Below, piece after piece: positions 1 to 9,148 of a stretch of DNA of 64,000 bases (positions within the stretch are counted from its first letter, which is position 1; every line of letters starts with the position of its first letter). The notes beneath the pieces are model-generated. The model saw only the letters and a program-made list of their open reading frames with translations. It was not told the origin of the DNA and ran no database searches. The position numbers were made by a program, and so were the translations under genes. The DNA lies in IMG/VR virus record IMGVR_UViG_3300046467_002136, positions 1 through 64,000 of that record. One strand, written 5' to 3'. The stretch is from a virus.

Positions 1-3000
1 ACACCATCAGAGCAAGCCCCTCCGGTGTCGCAGTAGGTAATAGTGGGTGTCTCATCCACATCCACCGCACTGCTAGGCGGGTTGGTGCAAGTGCTTCCAC
101 AGTCGCTCCCACCGTCATCGTCCGTTTCAATCGTGCCGCCGGGTGCGATGCTGTCCGTATCCCCTGAGTGGTCCCCCTGATCAGAGTCCGTATCTTCTCT
201 GAGGTAGAGATACGGGTCGGCAGCCTCGTTACTTGTATTGAACTGGGCGCGAGTCAGATTTGTTTCAGCGTCGATGCGGACACTGGTCACCTCGGTCAAA
301 GAGAACTGGATATGGTCGCGGTCTTGGCGGCTAGAGGATTGCACGATGCACCAGTCGCCCATGCCTCTCCAGCCACCCTCAGAGCAGCCTTCCTCAGTCC
401 CTACAGTCGCTGACACCACCGCTGTTGTTGTGGAAGCTTGCGTATAGGCATCACCGGTAGTAACCGTTGTAGTTTCAGGACTCCATCCGCGCACTGTGTC
501 GCATCCGCTAAGAGCACCATCCACATACGCGCAGGTCGTCATATCGGACCCGGTGCGAGCCACCACGGTCGTTGTATCTACAAGAGTATTGGTGACCGTC
601 GTTGCCGTCGAAGTTTCCGTTGTTGTATCTAGATGCCAGTGCCCGTCGTTGCTGTTATGCGTCAGGATTCCCGACTCGACAGCGGTGACATTCGTCGTTG
701 TTGCTGTCCCCGTCTGGACAGTTGACGAGGATGTAGAGATCGTCTCAGATATTGCCGTATTGCTGTGAGAATAGGTAATGGTCGGATAATAAATCGCAGG
801 TTCAGGCTGAGGTTGGAGTTCGGGTATGTAAACCTCTTGCACCTCATCAGGAATGTATTCAAGAGCAACGTCCATGGGAACTATTCCTGCTTCAACTTCA
901 AGAGTGAAACCAGCCCATGTGGTGTACCCGCCCGGTGGGGTACCCCAGTCGTCGTAGTACGCAGGGTCGTGTTGCTGGTCGTAATCTTCCCAGTCGTCAT
1001 ACCCTCCGGGCGCTGAGTCGCACGCTGACGTACCTCGGCACCCCTCATAGGGGTCCCATGGTTCTTCTTCCGGCTCTGGCTCTGGCTCTGGCTCCGGCTC
1101 CGGCTCCGGCTCTGGAGGTGGAGGTACTCCATGCTCCTCGTCGTAAGCTTGCCAGTCCTCTGGCTCCCAATCCCATGACTCGCTAGGTGACGGACCCCAA
1201 TCTTCGGGCCATTCGTCTAGCCCCTCCTGGTCCAGAATCCAGCCCTCTTCGTCTTGGCCAGACCATCCTTCTATTTCGTGAGGGTCTACTTCGTCAGAAC
1301 GCATCTCCGTTTCGCCCATTTGCTCTTCATCCACTTGCGTTTCTGAAGGTATATCTGAGCCGGATTCTGCGTCTTGGTCACTGGGTTCGGGCCATTCTTC
1401 CTCCTCTGATGGGTTGTCTCCAGTATCCCACTCTTCTTCTTCGTTCAGAGGCGGTCCATGCTCCTCGTCATAAGCCTGCCATTCCTCTTCCCCCCAGTCC
1501 CACGACTCGCTAGGCGGTGGTCCCCAGTCTTCAGGCCACTCCTCTAGACCTTCCTGTTCTAAGATCCACTGCTCTTCGTCTTCGCCGGTCCAGTTCTCAT
1601 CCCCCCACTCCTCTTCAAGCCAAGGCTCTTCCCACTCGTCTTCTTCAGGGAACTCTTCTTCCCATTCCTCTTCTTCGGGGAACTCTTCCCAAAGGGGTTC
1701 GTTCTCCTCGTCATAGGCGATCCAATCTTCCTCTTCCCAATCCCACGATTCACTAGGGGACGGCCCCCAATCTTCAGGCCATTCCTCAAGTCCCATTTCT
1801 TCAAGGATGAGTGCTTCTTCGTCTTCAGCAGTCCAATCCTCCGCCTCCCAGGGCTCTTCGGCGTCTTCCTCAAGGAACTCTTCCCAGTCGTCCATCTCTT
1901 CATCAGTGAGACCTTCAAGCATTTCAAAGAATTGTTGATCCTCGAACTCCTGCCATTCATCATCTGTCCAGTCCCACGACTCGGTCGGAGACGGTCCCCA
2001 GTCCTCTGGCCACTCTTCCAGACCCTCTTGCTCCAAGATCCACTGTTCTTCGTCGTCACCGGTCCAGTCCTCTTGTTCCCACGGCTCATCCCACTCCGGG
2101 TCATCCCACGGACCTTCTTCACACTCGTCGCACCACTCCGCGTCGTCCGGCCAGAATTCTTCCTGCCATTCGTCCCATTCCTCTTCGGTGTCTAGTTCCC
2201 ACGACTCCTCTTCTTCTTCCCACATCGCCTGCTGCTCTGCGTCGTAAGCCTGCCAATCGGACTCATCCCACAATGCGGATTCAGTAGGTGATGGACCCCA
2301 ATCTTCCGGCCACTCGTCAAAGCCTTCCTCTTCAAGAATCCGTGCTTCATCGGTCGCTGATCGTTCTTGGTCGTAGGTGTCCCAGTCGTCTTCGGTCCAC
2401 TCAACGGATTCCGTGGGCGACGGTCCCCAATCTTCGGGCCACTCCTCTATGCCCAATTCCTCTAGTAGTTCCTCTTCCCACAATGCGGGATCTTCCATCT
2501 CCTCTTCCCAGATGGACTCCATTTCCTCGTCGTAGGCAATCCAATCTTCCTCTTCCCAATCGACGGTCTCGGTGGGAGACGGACCCATGAGGGTTTCGTT
2601 CCACTCTTCCAACCCCATCTCTTCCAGAATGTGTTGCTCTTCAAGTTCGGGATTGTATTCATGGAATGCGAAATCGTCTTCGTAGTTTTCTTCTTCTACT
2701 ACGCCCCAGAACTCCTCTTCCTCTATCTCATGCTCTATGAAGAACAGCTCACGCTCCTCTTGGGCTGCCTCTACAAATTCTTCAACTTCTTCAAAGAGTT
2801 CTTCCACGTCGAATGATTCGCCAAACAGTTCATCCATTAACTCCTGTTCTTCTTCAAACCATTCGTCGTCGTATTCAACTTCATCCCACTGTTCGTCTTC
2901 CCAGTAGTCATCCTCGACATCAAGAAGAATCGCGGTGAAGTCGATTTCTTCTTCTTCTGGTACTTCCAGAATTTCCCAGTCTTCTTCAATTTCTAAGATT

Positions 3001-4907
3001 TCTGCAACGTAGGACTCGCCAAGCACCTCTTCAATTCGATCCTCTGCAACAGCTTGGAAATATTCAGCATCCGTGGCAACCCACGCTTCAATCGCTGCTT
3101 CTTCTTGAACGATCTCCCCGACTTCTTCGTCATAAGAGATTTCAATACTCAGAGTTGCGACAGGCACAACATCCGGTTCTTCTTCAGGAGATTCACCCGG
3201 AGCGACAGTTGCCGGAGGACCACGTTCCTCGACATCTGCGACTCTGTAGTCGGAAAGATCAACTTCGACCTCAGCCAACACTTCACCCGTGTCATCCTGA
3301 ATGGCAATATTCAAGAAATCCTGGACAGGTTCAACTACCGGCGCTTCAGGTTGTCCTGGTGTCGTCGGTTCCGGTTCAACCGCAGGTGGTTCCGGCGCAA
3401 AGGCAACCTCTATCTGCTGTCCTGCCTCTAATTCGATTTCGACTTCCAATGCGTCTACGGCAATTGCGACAGTAGCTTCTTCAATATCTGCGATCTCAAT
3501 AGCCTCATCAGAGAAAGCCAAGAGTGATTGGGCTTCCTCCGGTTCCGCATCTTCCTCTGGTTGCTCCCACCGTTCGAGCTCTTCTTCCTCAACGATAACT
3601 GCTTCAATCTGAACAGATTTTTCTTCACTCATAACAAGTAAGGAAAACTTCTGTTCAGTTTCTTCTTCCACTTTTTCTTCTAAGAGTTCTTCAATTCGAT
3701 CCCTAGAAGAAGTTGCTTCCTCCGCTGCGGGAGTAGGAACTGAAATTTGTTCAACATCCGCACTGAAATCATCAACTCCAGGTGGAAGAAAAACCAAAAC
3801 CGGATCAGAAGTGCTCGGCCCTGAAATCAAATAACGATAAGTCGCTCCGGGGATTTCATTCACAAACTTGCCGTCGTAGTAACCAAGTCGGTCACCAGAT
3901 GCTGTTTCAATCTTGATGGCCATTTGCTTGTCACCAGAAGCAGCGACAGTGAGCATCGTGCCCGATTCCTCCCCCTCTTCTTTGGGGCAGAAACTGCAAG
4001 TAAAGGGACCAGAACGCGCTCGCATCGGCGTCAGCTCCATTGTTCCCGTACCGCCAGACCACGCCTCTGCCTGCTCTGTGGGGTTGGTGGCCGCTAGTGC
4101 ATAAATCCACTGGCCCTCTTTGGAAACATCTATCCAGCGTTCCTCGCCCGGCCAGTTGGAATCGTAGATGTAGATGCGGTAACCGTTGGGCATTTCTTCA
4201 ACCCGGTAAGGCGTGACGGCGTGTCCGCCCATCTCGCTGTAAATACCGATTGTGAAGCCGGTATGTGCATTTCCCTTTTCTGCTTCAGCAAAGTCATACA
4301 TCAACACTTGTGCCAATTCCGCAGGTGACTTCTCCAAGAAAGCGGATGCTGTTTCTTGAACTTCCATCGCGAACTGGGTTACATACCAGTACGCAATTTC
4401 AGAAAGGAGTGCCGGATCTTCTTTAATGAGTTGCGAAACGGTATGAGTATTTTGATAAGCCAACAGTGTTTCGATATCACTAGAAAGTCTCAAGCTCAAA
4501 ACTGCTAGACCCTCACAGAGCCCACCACGCATTGACTTGTTGGCTTGTGACATCAACTGAAGAATCACCGGATAAGGCGTACATTTCCCATCGGTGACAT
4601 CTGAACAGACTTGGCTATCGCCGTATAGGCGACGAGCCATGTTCACCGTCAAGTCAGCTGGGGCTTCACCACCGCCAAAGTTTGCAAAAGAAAACGAATC
4701 TTCTGATGCTAGATAATCAGGAATAGCGTGATCCGCCAATGGAGCTGCGTCAATCAAAACCGGAGTGATCGACGTAGTGGTGATTTCCCCAGGAATCGTT
4801 GTGGCCGTCACGTCAGGGAACAGGTCAACTGGTTCGGTGGGGGTGCTGGAAGAGCAGGCCGAAGCGAACAATGCTCCGGCAAAGAAAACAGCAGCTAGCC
4901 GTCGCAT
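1..4907 (-). CDS. Giant acidic lipoprotein (>1630 aa, runs off left edge): papain-like cysteine-protease domain, Glu/Trp/Asp-rich repeats, Thr-rich and PPC-like C-terminal region
   Basis: Manually translated; missing from the ORF track because it is truncated. ATG at 4907: MRRLAAVFFAGALFASAC (signal plus lipobox-like Cys). Motifs GGLCEGLA, GGHAVTPY, IYDSNWPG. Frame stays open to position 3 (...ITYCDTGGACSDG). Near the end DPYLYL...DDDGG. Confidence 0.85.
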   Translation of the reverse strand, partial: MRRLAAVFFAGALFASACSSSTPTEPVDLFPDVTATTIPGEITTTSITPVLIDAAPLADHAIPDYLASEDSFSFANFGGGEAPADLTVNMARRLYGDSQVCSDVTDGKCTPYPVILQLMSQANKSMRGGLCEGLAVLSLRLSSDIETLLAYQNTHTVSQLIKEDPALLSEIAYWYVTQFAMEVQETASAFLEKSPAELAQVLMYDFAEAEKGNAHTGFTIGIYSEMGGHAVTPYRVEEMPNGYRIYIYDSNWPGEERWIDVSKEGQWIYALAATNPTEQAEAWSGGTGTMELTPMRARSGPFTCSFCPKEEGEESGTMLTVAASGDKQMAIKIETASGDRLGYYDGKFVNEIPGATYRYLISGPSTSDPVLVFLPPGVDDFSADVEQISVPTPAAEEATSSRDRIEELLEEKVEEETEQKFSLLVMSEEKSVQIEAVIVEEEELERWEQPEEDAEPEEAQSLLAFSDEAIEIADIEEATVAIAVDALEVEIELEAGQQIEVAFAPEPPAVEPEPTTPGQPEAPVVEPVQDFLNIAIQDDTGEVLAEVEVDLSDYRVADVEERGPPATVAPGESPEEEPDVVPVATLSIEISYDEEVGEIVQEEAAIEAWVATDAEYFQAVAEDRIEEVLGESYVAEILEIEEDWEILEVPEEEEIDFTAILLDVEDDYWEDEQWDEVEYDDEWFEEEQELMDELFGESFDVEELFEEVEEFVEAAQEERELFFIEHEIEEEEFWGVVEEENYEDDFAFHEYNPELEEQHILEEMGLEEWNETLMGPSPTETVDWEEEDWIAYDEEMESIWEEEMEDPALWEEELLEELGIEEWPEDWGPSPTESVEWTEDDWDTYDQERSATDEARILEEEGFDEWPEDWGPSPTESALWDESDWQAYDAEQQAMWEEEEESWELDTEEEWDEWQEEFWPDDAEWCDECEEGPWDDPEWDEPWEQEDWTGDDEEQWILEQEGLEEWPEDWGPSPTESWDWTDDEWQEFEDQQFFEMLEGLTDEEMDDWEEFLEEDAEEPWEAEDWTAEDEEALILEEMGLEEWPEDWGPSPSESWDWEEEDWIAYDEENEPLWEEFPEEEEWEEEFPEEDEWEEPWLEEEWGDENWTGEDEEQWILEQEGLEEWPEDWGPPPSESWDWGEEEWQAYDEEHGPPLNEEEEWDTGDNPSEEEEWPEPSDQDAESGSDIPSETQVDEEQMGETEMRSDEVDPHEIEGWSGQDEEGWILDQEGLDEWPEDWGPSPSESWDWEPEDWQAYDEEHGVPPPPEPEPEPEPEPEPEPEEEPWDPYEGCRGTSACDSAPGGYDDWEDYDQQHDPAYYDDWGTPPGGYTTWAGFTLEVEAGIVPMDVALEYIPDEVQEVYIPELQPQPEPAIYYPTITYSHSNTAISETISTSSSTVQTGTATTTNVTAVESGILTHNSNDGHWHLDTTTETSTATTVTNTLVDTTTVVARTGSDMTTCAYVDGALSGCDTVRGWSPETTTVTTGDAYTQASTTTAVVSATVGTEEGCSEGGWRGMGDWCIVQSSSRQDRDHIQFSLTEVTSVRIDAETNLTRAQFNTSNEAADPYLYLREDTDSDQGDHSGDTDSIAPGGTIETDDDGGSDCGSTCTNPPSSAVDVDETPTITYCDTGGACSDG
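1071..1113 (-). repeat. 6-bp tandem repeat encoding a (Pro-Glu)n linker
   Basis: (ctctgg/ctccgg)n, translating to PEPEPEPEPEPEPE. Confidence 0.9.
1140..2640 (-). repeat. Seven dispersed copies of a coding repeat (I/L)LE(Q/E)xG(L/F/I)(E/D)EWPEDWGPSP(S/T)ESxxW
   Basis: Recurring plus-strand DNA (g)gaccccaatcttcgggccactc / ggtccccagtcttcaggccactc near 1190, 1520, 1760, 1995, 2295, 2420, plus a degenerate copy near 2580. Confidence 0.85.
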
Positions 4908-4911
4908 GGCG

Positions 4912-5352
4912 CTACTGCTTTTTACGTTTGTTCTGGTACCAGATCAGAAAGCCGATAAAGACGACGATGCAGGCAGCAGTAATAATGACAGTGGCTGACC
5001 CCCCGGGGGCTCCGCTCATGTCAATGGAAAAGTTTTTAGTTCCGCCACCAAGCAGGTCGTTTTCGGATTTAAGGTCCGCTACGGCCTCTTCTAACTGGGC
5101 GACTTGATAGGTGAGAGCAGCTTCGTCACTGGAGCTTTGCCAAAGGAAGCCAAAGGCGCCGGAAATGGCAGCTGGAAGCCCAAGAACCCAAGCAATATTG
5201 TCCTTGCACTTAGTGAGCAGCTTTGTGGCCTTTTTGGCCTGACTCAAAGAAGCCTTTTGAGTGGGCTTCTCGGGGGACGAGGCGGTTTCAGCCAGCGTTT
5301 CCTCGATAACAGCGGCACTGCGCTTCAAATATTTCTGGAGGTCCCCGTCCAT
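4912..5352 (-). CDS. Hypothetical membrane protein (two hydrophobic segments, short coiled coil)
   Basis: ORF with hydrophobic stretches IAWVLGLPAAISGAFGFLW and VIITAACIVVFIGFLIW; stop lies 4 nt upstream of the lipoprotein ATG. Confidence 0.75.
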   Translation of the reverse strand: MDGDLQKYLKRSAAVIEETLAETASSPEKPTQKASLSQAKKATKLLTKCKDNIAWVLGLPAAISGAFGFLWQSSSDEAALTYQVAQLEEAVADLKSENDLLGGGTKNFSIDMSGAPGGSATVIITAACIVVFIGFLIWYQNKRKKQ

Positions 5353-5402
5353 CCTTGCCCCCTACAACTAACAAGCCTAGGAGGCCATTTTACACTACAG
5401 AA

Positions 5403-5687
5403 CTAGACAACCCTGTTGGGTCCTTCAAGTTTTCCGACGATTTTCTTAAAATGTAACGATATTTCTTGCAAATCTAAGTACGGTTGCTGCGCTCCGATAT
5501 CCCAACTGTAAATTTCTGCTTCACCCAAATCATCTTTCCATAAATGATCAGGATTCTCATAATCCATAGTGTCAGCATCAAAACCTAAAGCTGTCGCAAT
5601 TGCGTACATGTTTAACTCAACATCTCTTCTGGCCTGCAACAAAGCTTTACGTCGTTCTGCTGTATTCATTGAATGTGGAATAGCCAT
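5403..5687 (-). CDS. Small hypothetical protein (paralogue of 14510 and 14753 proteins)
   Basis: ORF with GGTGG RBS-like element; motif VE..MY.IA..LG.DAD shared with small ORFs at 14.5-15.4 kb. Confidence 0.7.
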   Translation of the reverse strand: MAIPHSMNTAERRKALLQARRDVELNMYAIATALGFDADTMDYENPDHLWKDDLGEAEIYSWDIGAQQPYLDLQEISLHFKKIVGKLEGPNRVV

Positions 5688-5713
5688 AGTTCATCACCAC
5701 CTAGATTTTATCA

Positions 5714-7135
5714 TTATACGGAACCATCAATATGGGCATATGTGGCACTCGTAAGAGTTATGTTGCTTGTTATCGTAGATGAAGATGTGTCGGTAACAAT
5801 CACTATGCCACCAAGCTTGCCTGCAACCCCAGCTGTTCCAGTTCCACCTGCTCCACCAGTTCCCCCGACACCACCCGGATCTTGGTTTCCTGCAGCGTAA
5901 TGAGCTCCGTGACTGTAAGGATTTCCCGGCGAATCGGCCACCGGGTCACCTCCAGTGGGCGGGTCGCCCGCTACGGGTGGGTTACCTGTATGGGGTGGGT
6001 TACCTGTATGGGGAGGATTGCCCGTATGGGGAGGATTACCCGTATGGGGAGCGTTGCCTTGGGAAACAACAGGATTTGGGGGATTTGGGTAATCCGCATG
6101 CACGGGTGGGCCAGGCCCGTAAGCCGTGTACGGATTTCCGGCAGAGTAATACCCATTTGTTGGATGATGGAAGGGCGGATTGTGCGCTCCGTGTGAAACC
6201 GGCGGGCCAGGTTGTTCTTTCGAAGTAGGCGGAACCGGGTTCCCACCAGTAGGTGGATCTCCAGCTGTGGGCGGATCTCCAGCTGTGGGCGGATCTCCTG
6301 TTATGGGCGGATCTCCTGTTATGGGCGGATCACCTGCTACGGGCGGATCACCCGCTACCACGGGATTTGGGGGGTTAGGAACGGGAGAATTAGTCCCACT
6401 CCCAGCAGGACTGTGGGAGTCAGGATTAGCAGCACCCGGATTACCGGTAGAACCAGAACCCCCCGGAACGCCTGTCCCTCCGGAAGAACCCGTAATACCG
6501 ATACTTACGATTGTTCCAGTACCAGTAATGGTTTTAGCCACAACAACTACTAAACCACCGCCCGTTCCTCCCGCACCCCCAGAACCTGTACCTCCAACGG
6601 CTCCCGGGTTTCCCGGATTACCCAGTGGTGCATTACCCGGAGGGGCGCCACCCGGATTTCCCGGACTTCCCCCCCCATCGGCACCATCATCACCATCAGA
6701 ACCACCTTCGAAACGTTTAAAACCGTTCGTAGGGTCCCAGTTCCAACCCTGAATGGCGTATTCTAAATCTTTTAATATGGATGTTGGAACTTGAGCCGCA
6801 CCACTTTCATCGGATTCGCCCAAAACGTATGTTTTAGTGCCTCCGGCGGCTCCATCGGCAACACGACCAACGACAGTTCCCAAACCTACAGTGTGGGTTG
6901 TGCCAGAAGGCATGCCCATAGTTCCAGAAATTGTTAATGTGCCAGTGCAAAAAACGCGGAATCCGTTGGTGAAAAGAGTTGCACCACTACTGATAGTGCA
7001 GTCCGTGTAATACATGTCCCGAGCTAAAATAGTTGTGCCAGAAGAGACGCTTCCCGCTCCGTCGTAACCCGTGCCATAGATAATGTCGTTGCCCAGTCGC
7101 TGAACAACAGGTCTATTGTGTCGAATAATGGGCAT
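5714..7135 (-). CDS. Gly/Pro-rich putative virion or adhesin protein with hexapeptide repeats
   Basis: N-terminal YGTGxDG...DMYY...TNGFRVF domain shared with 7135..7860; G-x-x runs; xxGDPP and HTGNPP arrays. Confidence 0.8.
   Translation of the reverse strand: MPIIRHNRPVVQRLGNDIIYGTGYDGAGSVSSGTTILARDMYYTDCTISSGATLFTNGFRVFCTGTLTISGTMGMPSGTTHTVGLGTVVGRVADGAAGGTKTYVLGESDESGAAQVPTSILKDLEYAIQGWNWDPTNGFKRFEGGSDGDDGADGGGSPGNPGGAPPGNAPLGNPGNPGAVGGTGSGGAGGTGGGLVVVVAKTITGTGTIVSIGITGSSGGTGVPGGSGSTGNPGAANPDSHSPAGSGTNSPVPNPPNPVVAGDPPVAGDPPITGDPPITGDPPTAGDPPTAGDPPTGGNPVPPTSKEQPGPPVSHGAHNPPFHHPTNGYYSAGNPYTAYGPGPPVHADYPNPPNPVVSQGNAPHTGNPPHTGNPPHTGNPPHTGNPPVAGDPPTGGDPVADSPGNPYSHGAHYAAGNQDPGGVGGTGGAGGTGTAGVAGKLGGIVIVTDTSSSTITSNITLTSATYAHIDGSV
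5938..6365 (-). repeat. Two 18-bp tandem arrays encoding (V/I/T)(A/T)GDPP x6 and HTGNPP x4
   Basis: ggcggatctccagctgtg-type units at ~6250-6360 and gggttacctgtatggggt-type units at ~5975-6050. Confidence 0.85.
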
Positions 7136-7860
7136 CAGTCAACCTCGACGTAGATGGCTGTCCCATCGGTGTGGTTACCTGAGCCACTTCCTTTCGCCGC
7201 CGACAATGATAAGTGTGTTTGGGCGTTGAACGTAGCTTCATCATTTGACGAAAAGAATATAATGGCACCGCCACCCGCTTGGGCGCCGCCAGTTGCAGAG
7301 ATTGTGCAAGCTCCGGCTGTGGATATGTATCGTGCTGCGATAATTACCACTCCTCCACCAACCCCTTGGCCAGTTGGGCCACCTGCTCCACCTTCTAAAT
7401 AAGTAGGGGTGGTTGCTGAAGCGGTAACCGCATAACCACGAATGGCTTGGCTTGGATACCTCCAATAAGAAGTTCCACCCTGTACAGCAGTAGGTGCAGT
7501 AGCGGTACCTCCATCGGCTGAACTGTCTGTGTTCCCATTGCCGCCGAGACTGCATGTTGTATTGGCTGTGATTACCCCTCCAGCTTTTAGAGTGCCCACG
7601 GCAGTTGAACCACCGGGAAGGCCAATAACTGATGAAGCTCCCATGGTTAAAACGTTTTTTACGAATAGTCGATATCCGCCGGTATTGAGTGTAATGCTGC
7701 TATTAACGGTCAAGTTGTAGTAGTACATGTCGCTAGACATGGTGGAATTAGTAGATATCGTTGCATCTAGATCTGCACCCGAGCCGTAAACGTCATCTGG
7801 TGAATCCAGGAAGCTTGCCAATTTGCCAGGCGAGTTGACCTTAACCCTGCCCCACACCAT
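7135..7860 (-). CDS. Glycine-rich putative virion protein, paralogue of 5714..7135
   Basis: YGSGADLD...DMYYYNLT...TGGYRLFV; GGGVVIIAARYI. Confidence 0.75.
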   Translation of the reverse strand: MVWGRVKVNSPGKLASFLDSPDDVYGSGADLDATISTNSTMSSDMYYYNLTVNSSITLNTGGYRLFVKNVLTMGASSVIGLPGGSTAVGTLKAGGVITANTTCSLGGNGNTDSSADGGTATAPTAVQGGTSYWRYPSQAIRGYAVTASATTPTYLEGGAGGPTGQGVGGGVVIIAARYISTAGACTISATGGAQAGGGAIIFFSSNDEATFNAQTHLSLSAAKGSGSGNHTDGTAIYVEVD

Positions 7861-8201
7861 TAGGTAATCTCAATTCCGCTCACCGTCGCATTAACGCTAG
7901 AAGCGTTGCCACATAACATATGCAACTCGTCTCCGGTGTTCATAACCATTGACATGTTGAGAAGCGTTGTTTCTTTTTCTGTGAGGGATAAGTCTTTGAA
8001 TATCTGATGTGTGTCAGCAATGGTGACACTGTTTGGCTTCAGTGTGATGGTCACTGTCTGTGCTGAAGCTGTGATATTTGTCAGAACTATTTGTTTTACA
8101 ATTGTTGATGTACCGCCCCCTACCGTGTATTGGACGCCACCGTATGTACCCGTGTTGATTACAACTGCGGGTCCAGACAACCTTGTTTGTGTCAGTGCCA
8201 T
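7860..8201 (-). CDS. Small beta-rich putative virion protein
   Basis: Translationally coupled to 7135..7860; YTV...TIVKQIVLTN...SGIEIT pattern common next to phage tail-fibre genes. Confidence 0.65.
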   Translation of the reverse strand: MALTQTRLSGPAVVINTGTYGGVQYTVGGGTSTIVKQIVLTNITASAQTVTITLKPNSVTIADTHQIFKDLSLTEKETTLLNMSMVMNTGDELHMLCGNASSVNATVSGIEIT

Positions 8202-8254
8202 AGATTAGGTCCTTCCCGAAAAGTTGCACTCCTGTACATATTACCAGTCATACA

Positions 8255-9130
8255 CTACTGCGTATTACTCTTTGGCGGGATTAACTCGCCGAAGAGCCAA
8301 TCGAATAGGCGTTTTTTGAAAGACTTTTGGTTTCCAGCGACAGGACACATCTCTGGAATTGGCGCTCGTTTCTGTTCTCGTCGATAAGCCCCCGTCCTAT
8401 CAATGGGAATGCTTATCGGTGATTCTAAACCTAAGCTCATCATTAAAGGAAAAAGCTTTGGTTGACCGTAATCGATCTTCTGCACCCCCCTGGGGAATGT
8501 CATGAATTGAGCAATTGGGGTTCCCATAGGGATCATGAATTCATCGTCGGTGTAAATATTGATAACCCAATTCATGTGGTGGTAATAGTCAGTATTTACT
8601 ATGCCCGGTATCAGAGACCAATCTCTTGAGGGCTCCATCAAGTAAGGAAGTAATAAAGTCGACCATCCTGGTGCTGTTTTGACGATCCATGGATTAACAA
8701 TTTTTATTTGGTTGCTTTCGGGCAGGCCGCGATCACGATTGAAGGGACACTCTTCTCCGGAAGCTTCATATTCAAAAATGTCTATCTCAAATCGGGGAAT
8801 AAGAAATCCGTTTCTAGGACCTGTATCCCCATCCCACATAGCTTCCCAATTTTTTCCATCTGGTGATGGTCTGAATCTCACGTTGGCAGGCAATCTCCAT
8901 GTTCCTCCAAGCGAAATGTAGTCAGATGTTCCTTGACAGGCTTTAAATCCGCCTCCAGCTTTCCTTCTCCAAGGAGGCCAAACCTTAGAATTATTCAAGG
9001 GAGTGATTCTAGGGTCGTAAAGACGTTCATGATTCGGGATTAAAAGGATCTCTCCGGGAGACACTTCCACATCGGAAGCTATGTGATAATCATCACCAAG
9101 AAGATCTTCACCTTTGATCCGGAAGTCCAT
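8255..9130 (-). CDS. DUF6065-like hypothetical protein
   Basis: FKAC.G..DY...G, KIVNPWIVKTAPGWSTL, PGIVNTD, GTPIAQF; distantly similar to 23919..24932. Confidence 0.6.
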   Translation of the reverse strand: MDFRIKGEDLLGDDYHIASDVEVSPGEILLIPNHERLYDPRITPLNNSKVWPPWRRKAGGGFKACQGTSDYISLGGTWRLPANVRFRPSPDGKNWEAMWDGDTGPRNGFLIPRFEIDIFEYEASGEECPFNRDRGLPESNQIKIVNPWIVKTAPGWSTLLLPYLMEPSRDWSLIPGIVNTDYYHHMNWVINIYTDDEFMIPMGTPIAQFMTFPRGVQKIDYGQPKLFPLMMSLGLESPISIPIDRTGAYRREQKRAPIPEMCPVAGNQKSFKKRLFDWLFGELIPPKSNTQ

Positions 9131-9148
9131 GTTTGTACTTTAGTCGAA

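Noticed and set aside
1140-2640. Regularly recurring ~30-bp repeats resembling a CRISPR array
   Set aside because: Spacing is long and irregular, the copies vary at synonymous positions and lie in frame in one ORF, and no cas operon is present
168-4998. Many short ORFs in the track on both strands
   Set aside because: They are shadows of the single long minus-strand lipoprotein ORF
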